Program-made: the position numbers and the translations under genes
Assembly: GCA_964565065.1 (NCBI GenBank)
Contig: CAZMDD010000046.1
Coordinates: forward strand, 5,479 to 69,478
DNA from: an uncultured Caldilineales bacterium
Lineage (GTDB): Bacteria > Chloroflexota > Anaerolineae > J102
Direction: 5' to 3'
Length of the DNA: 64,000 bases
Notes under the pieces: generated by a model
The model's input: only the letters and a program-made list of their open reading frames with translations
The model's database searches: none
Told to the model about the DNA's origin: nothing
In this document: positions 28,321 through 38,876 of the stretch, in pieces
How the letters are laid out: each line of letters starts with the position of its first letter
How positions within the stretch are numbered: the stretch's first letter is position 1

Positions 28321-29628
28321 ATGCGAGCAGTAGACATTATCATCAAAAAACGAGATGGCCTCGAACTTTCCAGCGAGGAAATTGATTTCTTCATTCAGGG
28401 CTACACCCAAGGCGATATTCCCGACTACCAGGCCTCGGCGTGGGCCATGGCTGTAATGCTGCAAGGCATGAGCGATCGCGAGGTGACCGATTTAACGCTA
28501 AGCATGGCCCGCTCTGGCGACATGCTGGATATGAGCGATGTGGAAAAACCGGTGGCCGACAAGCACTCAACTGGTGGCGTGGGCGATAAAGTTACCCTGG
28601 CGCTGGCCCCCCTGGTGGCAGCAGCCGGGCAGCCCATTGGCAAAATGTCGGGCCGGGGACTGGGATTTTCCGGTGGCACGCTAGACAAGCTGGAATCGAT
28701 TCCCGGTTGGAGTCCTGATGTCAGCGAAGCCGACTTCAAAAAGCAATTAGCCGAAATCGGCATTGTTGTTGCCGGACAAACCGCCGACCTGGCTCCTGCC
28801 GATAAAAAACTTTATGCGTTGCGAGATGTAACAGGCACCGTACCCAGCATGGCCCTCATTGCCGCGTCCATCATGTCCAAAAAACTGGCTGCTGGTGCCG
28901 ATGTCATCCTGCTGGATGTGAAGCAAGGCAACGGCGCATTCATGCAAACCCTGGATGAAGCCATCGAGCTGGCACGGCTGATGGTGGCAATTGGCAACTT
29001 GGCCGGGCGCCAGGTAGCGGCCCGCGTCACCGACATGAGTCAGCCTCTGGGCCTGGCCGTGGGCAACAGTCTCGAAGTCAAAGAGGCCATTGCCACGCTC
29101 AAAGGACAGGGGCCCCCTGATTTCACCGAGCTCATCCTGGCCGAATCTGCGCATCTGCTGCACATGTGTGGTCGTGTAGCCACCGTGCCCGAGGGACGTG
29201 CGCAAGTGCAGGCAGCCCTGGAAAGTGGCGCGGCGCTGGAAAAATTCCGGGCCTTCGTCACTGCACAAGGGGGGGATGGCCGCGTGGTCGATACCCCTGA
29301 CACCATTCTGCCCCAGGCTCCCGTCATCCTGCCCCTGACATCTCCGCAAGCTGGCTACCTGCAGCAAGTACGCGCCCGCACCTTTGGCGAAGTTGCGGTC
29401 AAATTGGGCGGCGGTCGGGCCAAAAAGAGCGACACCATCGATCCCAGCGTGGGCATGATTTTACACGCTAAGGTGGGCGATGTCGTGCAAGTGGGCGACC
29501 TCCTGTGCGAGATTCACGCCCGCACCCAGGCCCAAGCTGAAGCCGCAGCCCAAGAACTTCTAACTGCCTACGCCTGGCATTCTGCCCCCGTCCCCGCTCC
29601 CGAACTCATCAAAACCACCATCACCTAA
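28321..29628 (+). CDS. pdp: Pyrimidine-nucleoside (thymidine) phosphorylase
   Basis: It has the signature [10 protein letters not shown] and a conserved N-terminal alpha domain. The start is the ATG at 28321. Confidence 0.85.
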   Translation: MRAVDIIIKKRDGLELSSEEIDFFIQGYTQGDIPDYQASAWAMAVMLQGMSDREVTDLTLSMARSGDMLDMSDVEKPVADKHSTGGVGDKVTLALAPLVAAAGQPIGKMSGRGLGFSGGTLDKLESIPGWSPDVSEADFKKQLAEIGIVVAGQTADLAPADKKLYALRDVTGTVPSMALIAASIMSKKLAAGADVILLDVKQGNGAFMQTLDEAIELARLMVAIGNLAGRQVAARVTDMSQPLGLAVGNSLEVKEAIATLKGQGPPDFTELILAESAHLLHMCGRVATVPEGRAQVQAALESGAALEKFRAFVTAQGGDGRVVDTPDTILPQAPVILPLTSPQAGYLQQVRARTFGEVAVKLGGGRAKKSDTIDPSVGMILHAKVGDVVQVGDLLCEIHARTQAQAEAAAQELLTAYAWHSAPVPAPELIKTTIT

Positions 29629-29665
29629 CACCACCCATCATGCCCCACTCACCAGGAGATTTGAA

Positions 29666-30853
29666 ATGACCCATTCTATCTTTCCGGTAATCCTTGCAGC
29701 AGCACGCACCCCAGGCGGACGCATGGGCGGCGCACTGAGTGGCACGCCCGCAGTCCAACTGGGCGCACACATCATTCGGGCCGTTGTTCAGCGCGCTGGC
29801 ATCGAACCCAGCCACATCGAAGAAGTATACATGGGTCAGGTGATTCCCGCAGGCGCGGGCCAGGCCCCCGCGCGTCAGGCGGCCATCCACGCAGGCCTGC
29901 CCGCGAGCGTAGGCGCTGTGACCATGAACAAAGTCTGCGGCTCGGGGCTGCGCGCAGTCATGTTTGCCGCCAGCAACATCAAGGCTGGGGATGGCGAACT
30001 GTACGTGGCCGGCGGCATGGAGAACATGAGCCTCGGGCCCTTCATGCTGCCCAAAGCCCGCTTTGGCTACCGTCTGGGCAATGGCGAAATTCTCGACGCC
30101 ACAGTCAACGATGGCCTCATCGATCCCTTCCACAACATCCACATGGGCAACGAGGCAGAATGGATTGCCCGCACCTTTAACATCAGCCGAGAGATGCAAG
30201 ACGCATTTGCTTATCAAAGCCACATGCGAGCTGCCGAAGCCACGGCTGCTGGCCGCTTCCAGGACGAAATTGTGCCCATCACGGTGCGTCAAAAACGAAA
30301 GGAGATTTTGATAACGCAAGATGAACCCATCCGCCCGGATACCACCCTGGAAGCTCTGGCCCGCTTACGTCCCGCCTTCGAGACGGGAGGCACAGTAACC
30401 GCAGGCAATGCCCCACCCATCAGCGATGGCGCCTCGGCAGTGGTGGTGGCCCACCCCGATTACGCTGTCCAAAACAATCTCAAACCTCTGGCCCGTATCA
30501 TCGGCTACACCTACGCCGCGGTCGAGCCCATGGAAGTCTTCACCGCGCCCCCCTTTGCCATTCGTCGCCTGCTGGGCAAAATCGGCTGGAGCCTGGAAGA
30601 TGTTGACCTTTTTGAACTCAACGAAGCCTTTGCCGCCCAATCCCTGCAAAATATCATCGAGCTGGGATTAGATCAGGCCAAGGTCAATGTGAATGGTGGC
30701 GCCATTGCCCTGGGACATCCCCTGGGAGCCAGCGGTGCCCGCGTTCTCACCACACTCATCTATGCCTTGCGTCAACGCAATGCCCGCCGCGGTGTCACGG
30801 CCTTGTGCCTGGGTGGCGGCGAGGCGGTCGCCATGGCCATCGAACTCGCATAG
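29666..30853 (+). CDS. Acetyl-CoA C-acetyltransferase (thiolase II)
   Basis: It has the thiolase active-site contexts VCGSGLRAV, NGGAIALGHPLGASGAR and CLGGGEAVAM. Confidence 0.9.
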   Translation: MTHSIFPVILAAARTPGGRMGGALSGTPAVQLGAHIIRAVVQRAGIEPSHIEEVYMGQVIPAGAGQAPARQAAIHAGLPASVGAVTMNKVCGSGLRAVMFAASNIKAGDGELYVAGGMENMSLGPFMLPKARFGYRLGNGEILDATVNDGLIDPFHNIHMGNEAEWIARTFNISREMQDAFAYQSHMRAAEATAAGRFQDEIVPITVRQKRKEILITQDEPIRPDTTLEALARLRPAFETGGTVTAGNAPPISDGASAVVVAHPDYAVQNNLKPLARIIGYTYAAVEPMEVFTAPPFAIRRLLGKIGWSLEDVDLFELNEAFAAQSLQNIIELGLDQAKVNVNGGAIALGHPLGASGARVLTTLIYALRQRNARRGVTALCLGGGEAVAMAIELA

Positions 30854-30869
30854 AACAACCAACTTACCC

Positions 30870-31712
30870 ATGCCCATCAACAAACTTCCCATCGCCATCA
30901 TCCTGCCCCATGCCTCGCTGGCTGTGCCTTCCGAACTGGAGGAGCGATTGGCTCTGACCGAGGCCGATATTTTCAACGAAGCAGACGTTTATACCGATTT
31001 ACTTTTCGATTTCCGCGATCGTGTTGCTCAGTGGCACTGCTTCCCCTACGCCCGCGGCATCATCGATGTCAACCGCCCCGAAGACCCGCGACTGCTCAAG
31101 CGCGCAGGCGATGGCGTGGTCAAGGAGCTCACCAGCTACGGGCGCGCGGTCTACAAACCTGGCATGCGACCCACCCCGGAAGAGGAAGCAGCCCTCATCG
31201 ACCGTTACTGGCGGCCCTGGCACGCCATGCTGGAGGAAATCGCATCGGATCCCAACATCAAATTGGTGATTGATGGACACAGCATGGCGGCCCGCGGCCC
31301 GAACAAGTATGACCCGCACGAAAAACTGCGTCCGCGGGCCTGCGCCTCTAATCTGGGCGATGCCAGGGGTGCGCCCCGCCCTGGGCTGCCCGGAACCACC
31401 ATGGCCGCAGAGACTCTGACCTTTTTGGCCCGGGCCATTGCCCGTAACTTCGAAACACTGCCAGCGCTGTGCCCCGAGGCCACGCCGGGCCCGGTGCAGC
31501 TCAACGCTCCCTACGCGGGCGGCTGGGATCTCAAGGCACACGGCATCAACAGTCAACAACCCTGGGCCATGATTGAAGTGAGCCGGGCGCTGTACATTGG
31601 GCCGCAACTGGCCAATAGCCCGGTGCAACCACCGCAGCCTCAACAAATCGGCGACCTGCAAGAAGCACTGTGGGAGGCGATTCTGGCCCTGTATCACCAT
31701 CTGCAACAATGA
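30870..31712 (+). CDS. N-formylglutamate amidohydrolase family protein (FGase fold)
   Basis: The family assignment rests on overall similarity to FGase-type zinc hydrolases (HAS..VP, DGHSM motifs) and is not certain. Confidence 0.5.
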   Translation: MPINKLPIAIILPHASLAVPSELEERLALTEADIFNEADVYTDLLFDFRDRVAQWHCFPYARGIIDVNRPEDPRLLKRAGDGVVKELTSYGRAVYKPGMRPTPEEEAALIDRYWRPWHAMLEEIASDPNIKLVIDGHSMAARGPNKYDPHEKLRPRACASNLGDARGAPRPGLPGTTMAAETLTFLARAIARNFETLPALCPEATPGPVQLNAPYAGGWDLKAHGINSQQPWAMIEVSRALYIGPQLANSPVQPPQPQQIGDLQEALWEAILALYHHLQQ

Positions 31713-32425
31713 CACTTTCCCTGCTCATTGCAGGCATCATCTTCATCGCTTCCCTGCAACAATCGCTCTCCGGTTTTGGATTTGCCCTCATCTCCATGCC
31801 TATCCTGGTGCATGTGGCGAGCATTCAGGTAGCCGCACCGCTGGTGGCCATTTTGGCGCTGCTGCTCAACATCATCAATGGCTACCGCTGGCGCGATGCC
31901 TTTGATCTCAGCGAACTCAAGCGCGTGGGCGTTTGGATGCTATTGGGCGTTCCTGTGGGCATTTGGGGCATCCTTGCCCTGGACTCACACGTGGTCAACT
32001 GGGGATTGGGCATCCTGCTGGTGGCTTATGCACTCTTTGCTCTGCTGCGCCCCGATGTGCTGCCGATGGTGTCATCGCGTTGGGCCTATCCTGCCGGCTT
32101 TGTGGCCGGTGTTTTGGGGGGCGCTTACAACACCGCGGGCCCGCCGCTAATTTTGTATGGCAGCCTGCGATCCTGGGCCAACCAGAAATTCCGGGCGGTT
32201 TTGCAATCGCTGTTTGCCGTTTCGGCCAGCGTTGTGGTACTGGGACATCTTTTGGCGGGGCACTACACCAGGCCCGAGCTAACACGCATCACCTATGCCA
32301 CGCCCGCCCTGCTCCTGGGTATTTTTCTGGGAGCCCGGCTGGAACGACATCTCAAACCTACCTGGCTCAAAAAATGGATGACGCTTATCACGTTATTCTT
32401 GGGCCTCTCCCTGCTGCTGCGCTAA
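31709..32425 (+). CDS. TSUP / TauE-SafE family sulfite/anion exporter
   Basis: The membrane protein has seven or eight TM helices. It has the conserved GFGFALISMPILV and GGAYNTAGPPLILYG 4-TM repeat motifs. Its start overlaps the previous gene's stop (ATGA). Confidence 0.75.
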   Translation: MTLSLLIAGIIFIASLQQSLSGFGFALISMPILVHVASIQVAAPLVAILALLLNIINGYRWRDAFDLSELKRVGVWMLLGVPVGIWGILALDSHVVNWGLGILLVAYALFALLRPDVLPMVSSRWAYPAGFVAGVLGGAYNTAGPPLILYGSLRSWANQKFRAVLQSLFAVSASVVVLGHLLAGHYTRPELTRITYATPALLLGIFLGARLERHLKPTWLKKWMTLITLFLGLSLLLR

Positions 32426-32427
32426 TC

Positions 32428-33471
32428 ATGGCCTCACAACATGAAATCACCCAGACAGGCAAGTTGCTACAAGATGACGGCACGCTGACACAAAGGGGTT
32501 GGGCGCGACAGCCCCTGTTGGATTGCAACCTGGAAGCAGCACACTTTTATCCGACCCTGCTGCGCCCGTGGCAGCGAATGCGCCTCAAAAAGTGGGATTA
32601 TTACGGCGTCACCACGCCCAACCTCTTCTTCTCCGCCACCATCGCCCACCTGGGCTACGCAGGCAGCATCTTCATCTATCTGGTGGACTTTCAGCGCAAA
32701 AGTTGGCACGAAGCCACCAAAACCATCCCTCTGGGACATGGCATTACCCTGCCCCGCAACAGCACCACCGGCGAAAGCACCTTTGCCGATAAAAGTACCA
32801 AGCTACGCTTTTGGGTTGAAGAGGACGCCCGTCATGTGCAAGTGAGCTGGCAGCATTTTGCGGATGCGTCTCTGCATGCAGAGATCACGCTGGCCCACAC
32901 ACCCGCGCACGAAAGCACCGTGACCATCACCCCCATGGCCAAAAAGCGATTTTATTACAATCGCAAAATCAATGCCATGCCTGCCACAGGCCACATCAGC
33001 ATCGGCCAGCACACCATCAACCTTGACCCGCAAACAGCACTGGGCAATCTGGACTGGGGCCGTGGTGTATGGCCGTATGATTCCTTTTGGGTTTGGGCCA
33101 GCGCATCGGGCCGCCTGCCTGATGGCCGCCTGTTGGGGTTGAACATGGGACACGGCTTTGGTGATACCAGCGCAGCCACCGAAAACACCCTGCTACTGGC
33201 CGGGCGCATCCACAAACTGAACGAGATTGAAATCCGCTACAACCCGCGCCAATTTATGAGCCCCTGGTGGATGGTTTCGGCAGAAGGTCGAGTAAATTTG
33301 CACTTTCATCCCCTGCTGGAGCGCGTGGCCCGAACGCCATTGCTCATCATCGATTCAGAGGTGCATCAGCTTTTTGGGCGCTATTCGGGCCAGATTGTGG
33401 CTGATGATGGCGAAATCCTCATCATCGACGGCCTTTTGGGCTGGGCCGAAGAACATCGGGCGAGGTGGTGA
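32428..33471 (+). CDS. DUF2804-like hypothetical protein
   Basis: A 347-aa soluble protein with no recognisable catalytic motif. The family call is from memory of the DUF2804 sequence pattern and is tentative. Confidence 0.45.
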   Translation: MASQHEITQTGKLLQDDGTLTQRGWARQPLLDCNLEAAHFYPTLLRPWQRMRLKKWDYYGVTTPNLFFSATIAHLGYAGSIFIYLVDFQRKSWHEATKTIPLGHGITLPRNSTTGESTFADKSTKLRFWVEEDARHVQVSWQHFADASLHAEITLAHTPAHESTVTITPMAKKRFYYNRKINAMPATGHISIGQHTINLDPQTALGNLDWGRGVWPYDSFWVWASASGRLPDGRLLGLNMGHGFGDTSAATENTLLLAGRIHKLNEIEIRYNPRQFMSPWWMVSAEGRVNLHFHPLLERVARTPLLIIDSEVHQLFGRYSGQIVADDGEILIIDGLLGWAEEHRARW

Positions 33472-33544
33472 GGGCTGCTCGGGCCAGATTGTTCAACTAT
33501 CGCAATTGGGGCTATAATGAGGGTTGCCGAAAAGTCACTGCAAG

Positions 33545-33598
33545 AGAACAAAGATGAGGGATTGAGTGCTACTCTGCTGAATCCCTGATCTTTGTTCT
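33545..33598 (+). promoter_or_regulatory. Long hairpin (19-bp stem, one mismatch, 16-nt loop) in the recJ leader
   Basis: AGAACAAAGATGAGGGATT ... AATCCCTGATCTTTGTTCT. It lies downstream of a TATAAT box at 33523-33528 and 30 nt upstream of the recJ start. Confidence 0.45.
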
Positions 33599-33627
33599 TT
33601 AATCACAATTCACCAAGGAAGTCTCCA

Positions 33628-35364
33628 TTGACTACAATCCCCACAAAATGGGAACTGCCTAGCCCAGTTCCCCGCGAGATACGCGCCCGGCTTGATTATC
33701 TGCACCCAGTTATCCTCCAAACCCTCTTTAATCGTGGCATCACCTCGCCTGAGGATGTTGCCGAATTCTTCGGTCAAACCATCCGTCCCGATGACCCCTT
33801 TCGCCTGATTGGCGTGCCCGAGGCTGTGACCCGGCTGCGAGATGCCATCAAACATGGCCGCAAAATTGCCATTTACGGCGATTTTGACGCGGATGGCGTA
33901 ACCTCCACCGCCGTGCTGGTGCAAACCCTCCGCGCTTTGGGCGGCGATGTCATCCCCTACATTCCGCATCGGGTAGATGAGGGCTATGGCCTGAACACTG
34001 GCGCGCTGGAAGCCTTGAAAGCAGATGGTGTCAGCACCGTTGTTACTGTAGATTGCGGCATTCGTGCCGTGGAGGAAGTGGCCTTCGCCAAAAGCATCGG
34101 CCTGGAAATCATCATCACCGACCATCATTCCATCGGCCCGGATGTGCCGGCCGCGGATGTGCTGGTCAATCCCAAACTGCCTGAATCAACCTACCCCTTC
34201 CGTGATTTTGCGGGCGTGGGGGTAGCCTACAAGCTATCGCAAGCACTGCTGCGGGTAGAGCAACAAAGCCCCATTGCTCCGCAGCCAGTGACACTGCGCG
34301 AAGAAGCGTTGTTGGATTTGGTGGCCCTGGGAACCGTGGCCGACATCATGCCGCTAATGGGCGAAAATCGGGTGCTGGTACAGCGGGGCCTGCTAAAATT
34401 GCAGGCAGCTCAACGCCCGGGCATCCGCGCCCTGGCCCAACGCTCCGGCGTGAATCCCCGCGAAATCGATGCAACAGCCATTGGTTTTCGCCTGGCTCCA
34501 CGGCTCAATGCAGCCGGGCGGCTAGAAAGCGCCAAATTGGCCTATGACTTGCTGGTGGCTCCCGATGATGCCACTGCCGAGGATGTTGCTTATCGTCTGG
34601 ATCTCATCAATCGCCAGCGCCAGCAACTCACTGCCGAAGCAGTTGAATGGGCCGTGGGCGAATTGGGCAGCCGTCCCCCGGAAGATGTGCTGTTTGTGGC
34701 CAGCACAAAACTCAATCCCGGCATTGCCGGACTCATCGCCAGCCGACTCAAGGAATACTACTTCCGTCCTGCCATGGTGGCGCACCTGGATGGGGATGAA
34801 GCCCGCGGCTCCGCCCGTAGCATACCGCAGTTCCACATCACTGCTGCCCTGGATCGCTGCTCGCATCTGCTGATTCGTTATGGCGGGCACGCGGCCGCGG
34901 CAGGTTTTACCGTAAAAATCGACAAATTGCCGCAATTGCGCCGCTGCCTGAACGAGATTGCCGCCGAACAAATCAAGCCGGAAGATTTGGTCAAAACGCT
35001 GGCGATTGACGCCATTGCCCCCCTGCGGGAGCTGGATTATGCACTGCTGGCCAAGTTAAAAACCTTAGAACCCACTGGGGCAGCCAATCCTACCCCTGTA
35101 CTGGCGATTCCCAATTTGCTAGTCAAGGGGCAGTATTTGGTGGGCGCCGAAGGCAAGCATCTCAAGCTGCGCCTGACCGATGGCTATGTTACGTTTGATG
35201 CCATTGCTTTCGGGCAAGGAGTACGCTCTGAGCCACTGCCCATGCGCATCGATGTTGCCGCTTATCTCAATGAAAATGTGTGGCGCGATCGCCGCTCGCT
35301 GCAATTGATGATTCAGGATATTCAACCTGCGGGCAAAGGTGTTCCCGCTGAGCTTCGGCCTTAG
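33628..35364 (+). CDS. recJ: Single-stranded-DNA-specific exonuclease RecJ
   Basis: It has a DHH domain (AIYGDFDADGVTS, VDCGI, IITDHH) and a DHHA1 domain (GGHAAAAGF). I called a TTG start at 33628 after AAGGAAG. The in-frame ATG at 33592 is the alternative. Confidence 0.8.
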   Translation: MTTIPTKWELPSPVPREIRARLDYLHPVILQTLFNRGITSPEDVAEFFGQTIRPDDPFRLIGVPEAVTRLRDAIKHGRKIAIYGDFDADGVTSTAVLVQTLRALGGDVIPYIPHRVDEGYGLNTGALEALKADGVSTVVTVDCGIRAVEEVAFAKSIGLEIIITDHHSIGPDVPAADVLVNPKLPESTYPFRDFAGVGVAYKLSQALLRVEQQSPIAPQPVTLREEALLDLVALGTVADIMPLMGENRVLVQRGLLKLQAAQRPGIRALAQRSGVNPREIDATAIGFRLAPRLNAAGRLESAKLAYDLLVAPDDATAEDVAYRLDLINRQRQQLTAEAVEWAVGELGSRPPEDVLFVASTKLNPGIAGLIASRLKEYYFRPAMVAHLDGDEARGSARSIPQFHITAALDRCSHLLIRYGGHAAAAGFTVKIDKLPQLRRCLNEIAAEQIKPEDLVKTLAIDAIAPLRELDYALLAKLKTLEPTGAANPTPVLAIPNLLVKGQYLVGAEGKHLKLRLTDGYVTFDAIAFGQGVRSEPLPMRIDVAAYLNENVWRDRRSLQLMIQDIQPAGKGVPAELRP

Positions 35365-35403
35365 GCTGGCTGAAGCGCGCCCATGCAAAGGAAAAGCGAG
35401 AAG

Positions 35404-35643
35404 ATGAAACGATTCCAACAACTTTCCGGGCCAATAAAGATTGGTCTGGCCGCGGCGGCTTTGGCCATTGCGCTGGTACTCATCGGTATCGCCAAAGGGA
35501 CAGTGCCTGCCAATCCGCTGAGCGTACTGCTGGCACTGCTGATTGGCGGCGTGAGCTGGTTCAGTGTGGTTTGGGCCATTGCTACTGCTGCCCGCGATGT
35601 CGAAGAGGATTTGGCCAGCGTACCACCTGCCGAAAACGACTAA
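35404..35643 (+). CDS. Small two-TM membrane protein whose stop codon lies inside the MITE terminal inverted repeat
   Basis: AAGGAAAAG lies 7 nt upstream of the ATG at 35404. It has two hydrophobic helices. Its TAA stop is the TAA of the MITE left repeat (ACGACTAA). Confidence 0.4.
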   Translation: MKRFQQLSGPIKIGLAAAALAIALVLIGIAKGTVPANPLSVLLALLIGGVSWFSVVWAIATAARDVEEDLASVPPAEND

Positions 35644-35775
35644 CGTACCCGACTTCAATCACCACAAAGGCGCAAAGACACTAAGAACACCAAGCATTTC
35701 AAAGCTTTTTCTTTTCTTCGTGCCTTTGTGGCTTCGTGTCTTCGTGGTTTCTAGCCGGGCTACCTTAGTCGTAAC
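35633..35775 (+). mobile_element. MITE copy 5 (left terminal inverted repeat AAAACGACTAA, right intact)
   Basis: The interior and the right terminal repeat are near-identical to the other copies. No target-site duplication is present. Confidence 0.75.
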
Positions 35776-35783
35776 GGGAGATG

Positions 35784-36437
35784 TCAATCGTTACTATCTT
35801 TTTTACGTTTTGAGTTGCGTTCTGGTTCCATGGCCGCGGTTATGCGGGCCCGGGCTTGGATGGCCAGTTGTTGCAGGATGGGGTCGGCGTGGGGACTCAG
35901 GGCCTGCAGCACAGTTTCGCCTGCGGGGGCGCACAGGCCCGCAAGGATGCCTCGTTGCACTGCCGGTTGTTCCGTTTTCAGGGCCGCGGCCAGTTGTGGC
36001 ACATCGGCATCATGGCCCAAGGCGGCCAGGGCCCTGAATGCGGCGGCGCGCAGATGCAGGTTGTCGGCATCCAGCCAGGGCGTGATGACTGCGCGGTTTT
36101 CGGCAGCGGGCAGTTGTGCCAACAGGTTCAGCAGACTCGTGGCCTGGTGGATGGATGGCTGCTGGTGTAAAGCCTGACGTGCAGGAGCCAGTACCATGTC
36201 CGGGCCCCACGAGACCAACACATCCACCACGGCTTCGCGGTTTAGCGCGTCTTCGTGGGGTAGACGGGCCAGCAAGGGGGCCAGCAGTGCAGGCTGCGGA
36301 CGCTGATGCAGGGCGCGAATCGCGCGCCAGCGGGTGCTGGCTTCGGGCGCGCTCAGGTGCGCAGGCATGATGCGCGGGCCTGTCAGCGCATGCACACGGG
36401 CACGCATCTGCTGCCACCAGCGTTCAAGACCGGACAT
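35784..36437 (-). CDS. HEAT-repeat (PBS-lyase-like) protein
   Basis: It has repeated helical HEAT motifs of about 30 aa ([23 protein letters not shown]). It overlaps the proA 3' end by 14 nt on the same strand. Confidence 0.55.
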   Translation of the reverse strand: MSGLERWWQQMRARVHALTGPRIMPAHLSAPEASTRWRAIRALHQRPQPALLAPLLARLPHEDALNREAVVDVLVSWGPDMVLAPARQALHQQPSIHQATSLLNLLAQLPAAENRAVITPWLDADNLHLRAAAFRALAALGHDADVPQLAAALKTEQPAVQRGILAGLCAPAGETVLQALSPHADPILQQLAIQARARITAAMEPERNSKRKKDSND

Positions 36438-37686
36438 GCCCTTCTCCCAGGATAATCCACTTGTAAGTGGTAAGCTCTTGCAGTCCCATGGGCCCGCGGG
36501 CGTGCAGTTTTTGTGTGCTGATGGCTACTTCGGCTCCCAACCCAAATTGTGCGCCATCGGTGAAGCGGGTAGAGGCATTGACATAAACTGCGGCGCTATC
36601 CACTTCATCCAAAAAACGCTGCGCATGGGCCCAGGTGTCGGTGAGAATGCTGTCGGAATGATGGGTGGCGTGTCGGGCGATGTGTTCCAGTGCTTCATCC
36701 AGGCCCGAGACGACCTTGAGTCCCAGCACCAATGAAAGCCATTCGGTATCAAAATCTTGCGGGCCTGCGGGACTCACAGCTTCGTGTTGGCCGATGATGG
36801 CCGCAGCCTTGGGCTCAGCCCGGAAGGTTACGCCATCTTTGCTCAGATTTTCGACCACTTGGGGCAGGAGCGCATCTGCCACAGCTTCATGCACCAGCAG
36901 GGTATCCAGCGCATTGCACACGCTGGGGCGCTGTGTTTTGGCGTTATGGATGATGGGGATTGCCTGGGCCAGGTTGGCGCTGGCATCCACAAAGATGTGG
37001 TTGATGCCGATACCGCCGGTGATGACGGGGATGGTGCTGTTTTGGCGGCACAACTCGTGCAGGCCCGCGCCCCCGCGAGGGATGATCATATCCACGTAAG
37101 CATCCAGCGTAAGCAGATGCTTGACCAGCGCCCTATCGGTATCTTCGATGTATTGCACCGCATCCTGGGGCAGGTTGTGGGCGGCCAGGGCTTCGTGCAG
37201 CACCTGCATGATTGCCATGTTGCTGCGTCGAATTTCGCTACTGCCCCGCATGATGGCCCCGTTGCCAGTCTTTAGGCTGAGTGCGGCAATATCTACGGTG
37301 ACATTGGGGCGGGCCTCGTAGATGAGTCCGATGACGCCCAGCGGGGTGCGGCGTTTGTGCAGGCGCAGGCCATTGGGCAGGATGCGGCCATCGAATTCTT
37401 CGCCCACCGGGTCGGGCAGTGCGGCCACATTGCGGGTATCGGCAGCCATGCCTTGCAGCCGTGCCGGCGAGAGTGTCATCCGATCGATGAGATTGGCTCG
37501 CAGGCCCGCTGCCCGGGCCGCGGCTAAATCCTGGGCATTGGCGGCTAAAATCGCATCCTGATGCGTTTTAAGACCGTCGGCAATGCTGTGCAGCAGGGCA
37601 TTCTTGGTTTCGGTAGAGGTTCGGGCCAGGATGCGGGCCGCTGCTTTGGCCCGTTGCCCCATAGCAGTAAGTGGATTTTGTGACAT
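36424..37686 (-). CDS. proA: Gamma-glutamyl phosphate reductase
   Basis: The 420-aa protein belongs to the aldehyde-dehydrogenase-like ProA family (catalytic Cys context [14 protein letters not shown]). Confidence 0.9.
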   Translation of the reverse strand: MSQNPLTAMGQRAKAAARILARTSTETKNALLHSIADGLKTHQDAILAANAQDLAAARAAGLRANLIDRMTLSPARLQGMAADTRNVAALPDPVGEEFDGRILPNGLRLHKRRTPLGVIGLIYEARPNVTVDIAALSLKTGNGAIMRGSSEIRRSNMAIMQVLHEALAAHNLPQDAVQYIEDTDRALVKHLLTLDAYVDMIIPRGGAGLHELCRQNSTIPVITGGIGINHIFVDASANLAQAIPIIHNAKTQRPSVCNALDTLLVHEAVADALLPQVVENLSKDGVTFRAEPKAAAIIGQHEAVSPAGPQDFDTEWLSLVLGLKVVSGLDEALEHIARHATHHSDSILTDTWAHAQRFLDEVDSAAVYVNASTRFTDGAQFGLGAEVAISTQKLHARGPMGLQELTTYKWIILGEGHVRS

Positions 37687-37761
37687 GATTTTCGATTGGG
37701 GAGTAGAGGGTGGATGATGCTGGAAGAGGTGCGGTTTTTTTGTCCGGGAGTCATGTTCTGC

Positions 37762-38871
37762 TTACAACATGACCAAATCGTTGCGATGGATGACGGTGGG
37801 GCCGTAGGTGTAGCCAAGGATGGAGGCGATGTCATCGGAGTGGTGGCCCAGAATGTGATGGATGTCGGCGGCGGGATAGCGCACCAGCCCGCGGGCAATC
37901 TCTCGGCCCGCAGGTGTAAAGATGCTGACTGTATCGCCACGCTGGAAGCTGCCTGCAACCTGGGCCACACCAATGGGTAACAGGCTGCTGCCTCGTTGTC
38001 GCAGCGCCTGCACCGCGCCCGCATCCACCACCAAATGCCCCGATTTGGTGTATCCGGCCAAAAGCCAGCGTTGACGACTTTCCACCATCGAGGCTCGGGG
38101 CAAAAAGCGGGTTCCCAGGGTCTCGCCCCGGGCCAAACGCAACAGTGCATCCGGTTCATCGCCCGAGGCAATGACCACGGTGGCGCCGCTACGGGTGGCA
38201 GTTTCGGCTGCTTGCAGTTTGGTGGCCATGCCCCCTGTGCCCAACAGCGTGCCCGAATCACCAGCGCTGGCCCAAATGCGCTCATCGATTTCCGTTACTT
38301 CGGGAATAAGACGAGCGGTGGGGTCGGTGCGCGGGTCGGCGGTAAACAGGCCTGGCTGGTCTGTGAGCAGGATGAGTAAATCGGCCTCGGCAGTGGCTGC
38401 CATCATGGCGGAGAGGTTATCGTTATCGCCGACGCGGATTTCTTCTGCGGTGACGGTATCATTTTCGTTGATGATGGGAATGGCGCGGTGTCGCAGCAGT
38501 GCGTTCAGGGTTTGTCGGGCGTTAAGATAGCGCCGTCGCCCCTGCAAATCTTCGCGAGTGAGCAGCATTTGCGCCACGGGGATGCCATAAATTTCGAAGT
38601 ATTGCTGATAAAGACTCATCAGACGTGGTTGGCCCACGGCGCTGAGCATTTGCTTGGCTGGCACTTCGGGGGGCAAGTCAGGAAAGCCCATCTGCTCTTT
38701 GCCCGCGGCCATGGCTCCGGAGCTGACCAGGATAATTTCGGCGCCCGACTGATGCAGCAGCGCGCATTGTCGTACCAGCTCGATGAGGCGGGGCCGGTTG
38801 AGATGTGGTGTGCCCGCGGTGAGGACGCTGGTTCCCAGTTTGATGATGATGCGACGAAATTGCAGGGGCAT
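37762..38871 (-). CDS. proB: Glutamate 5-kinase with a C-terminal PUA domain
   Basis: It has the amino-acid kinase fold (IIKLGTSVL, VSSGAMAAG) and a PUA domain. The start is the ATG at 38871. Confidence 0.9.
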   Translation of the reverse strand: MPLQFRRIIIKLGTSVLTAGTPHLNRPRLIELVRQCALLHQSGAEIILVSSGAMAAGKEQMGFPDLPPEVPAKQMLSAVGQPRLMSLYQQYFEIYGIPVAQMLLTREDLQGRRRYLNARQTLNALLRHRAIPIINENDTVTAEEIRVGDNDNLSAMMAATAEADLLILLTDQPGLFTADPRTDPTARLIPEVTEIDERIWASAGDSGTLLGTGGMATKLQAAETATRSGATVVIASGDEPDALLRLARGETLGTRFLPRASMVESRQRWLLAGYTKSGHLVVDAGAVQALRQRGSSLLPIGVAQVAGSFQRGDTVSIFTPAGREIARGLVRYPAADIHHILGHHSDDIASILGYTYGPTVIHRNDLVML

Positions 38872-38876
38872 GGCGT

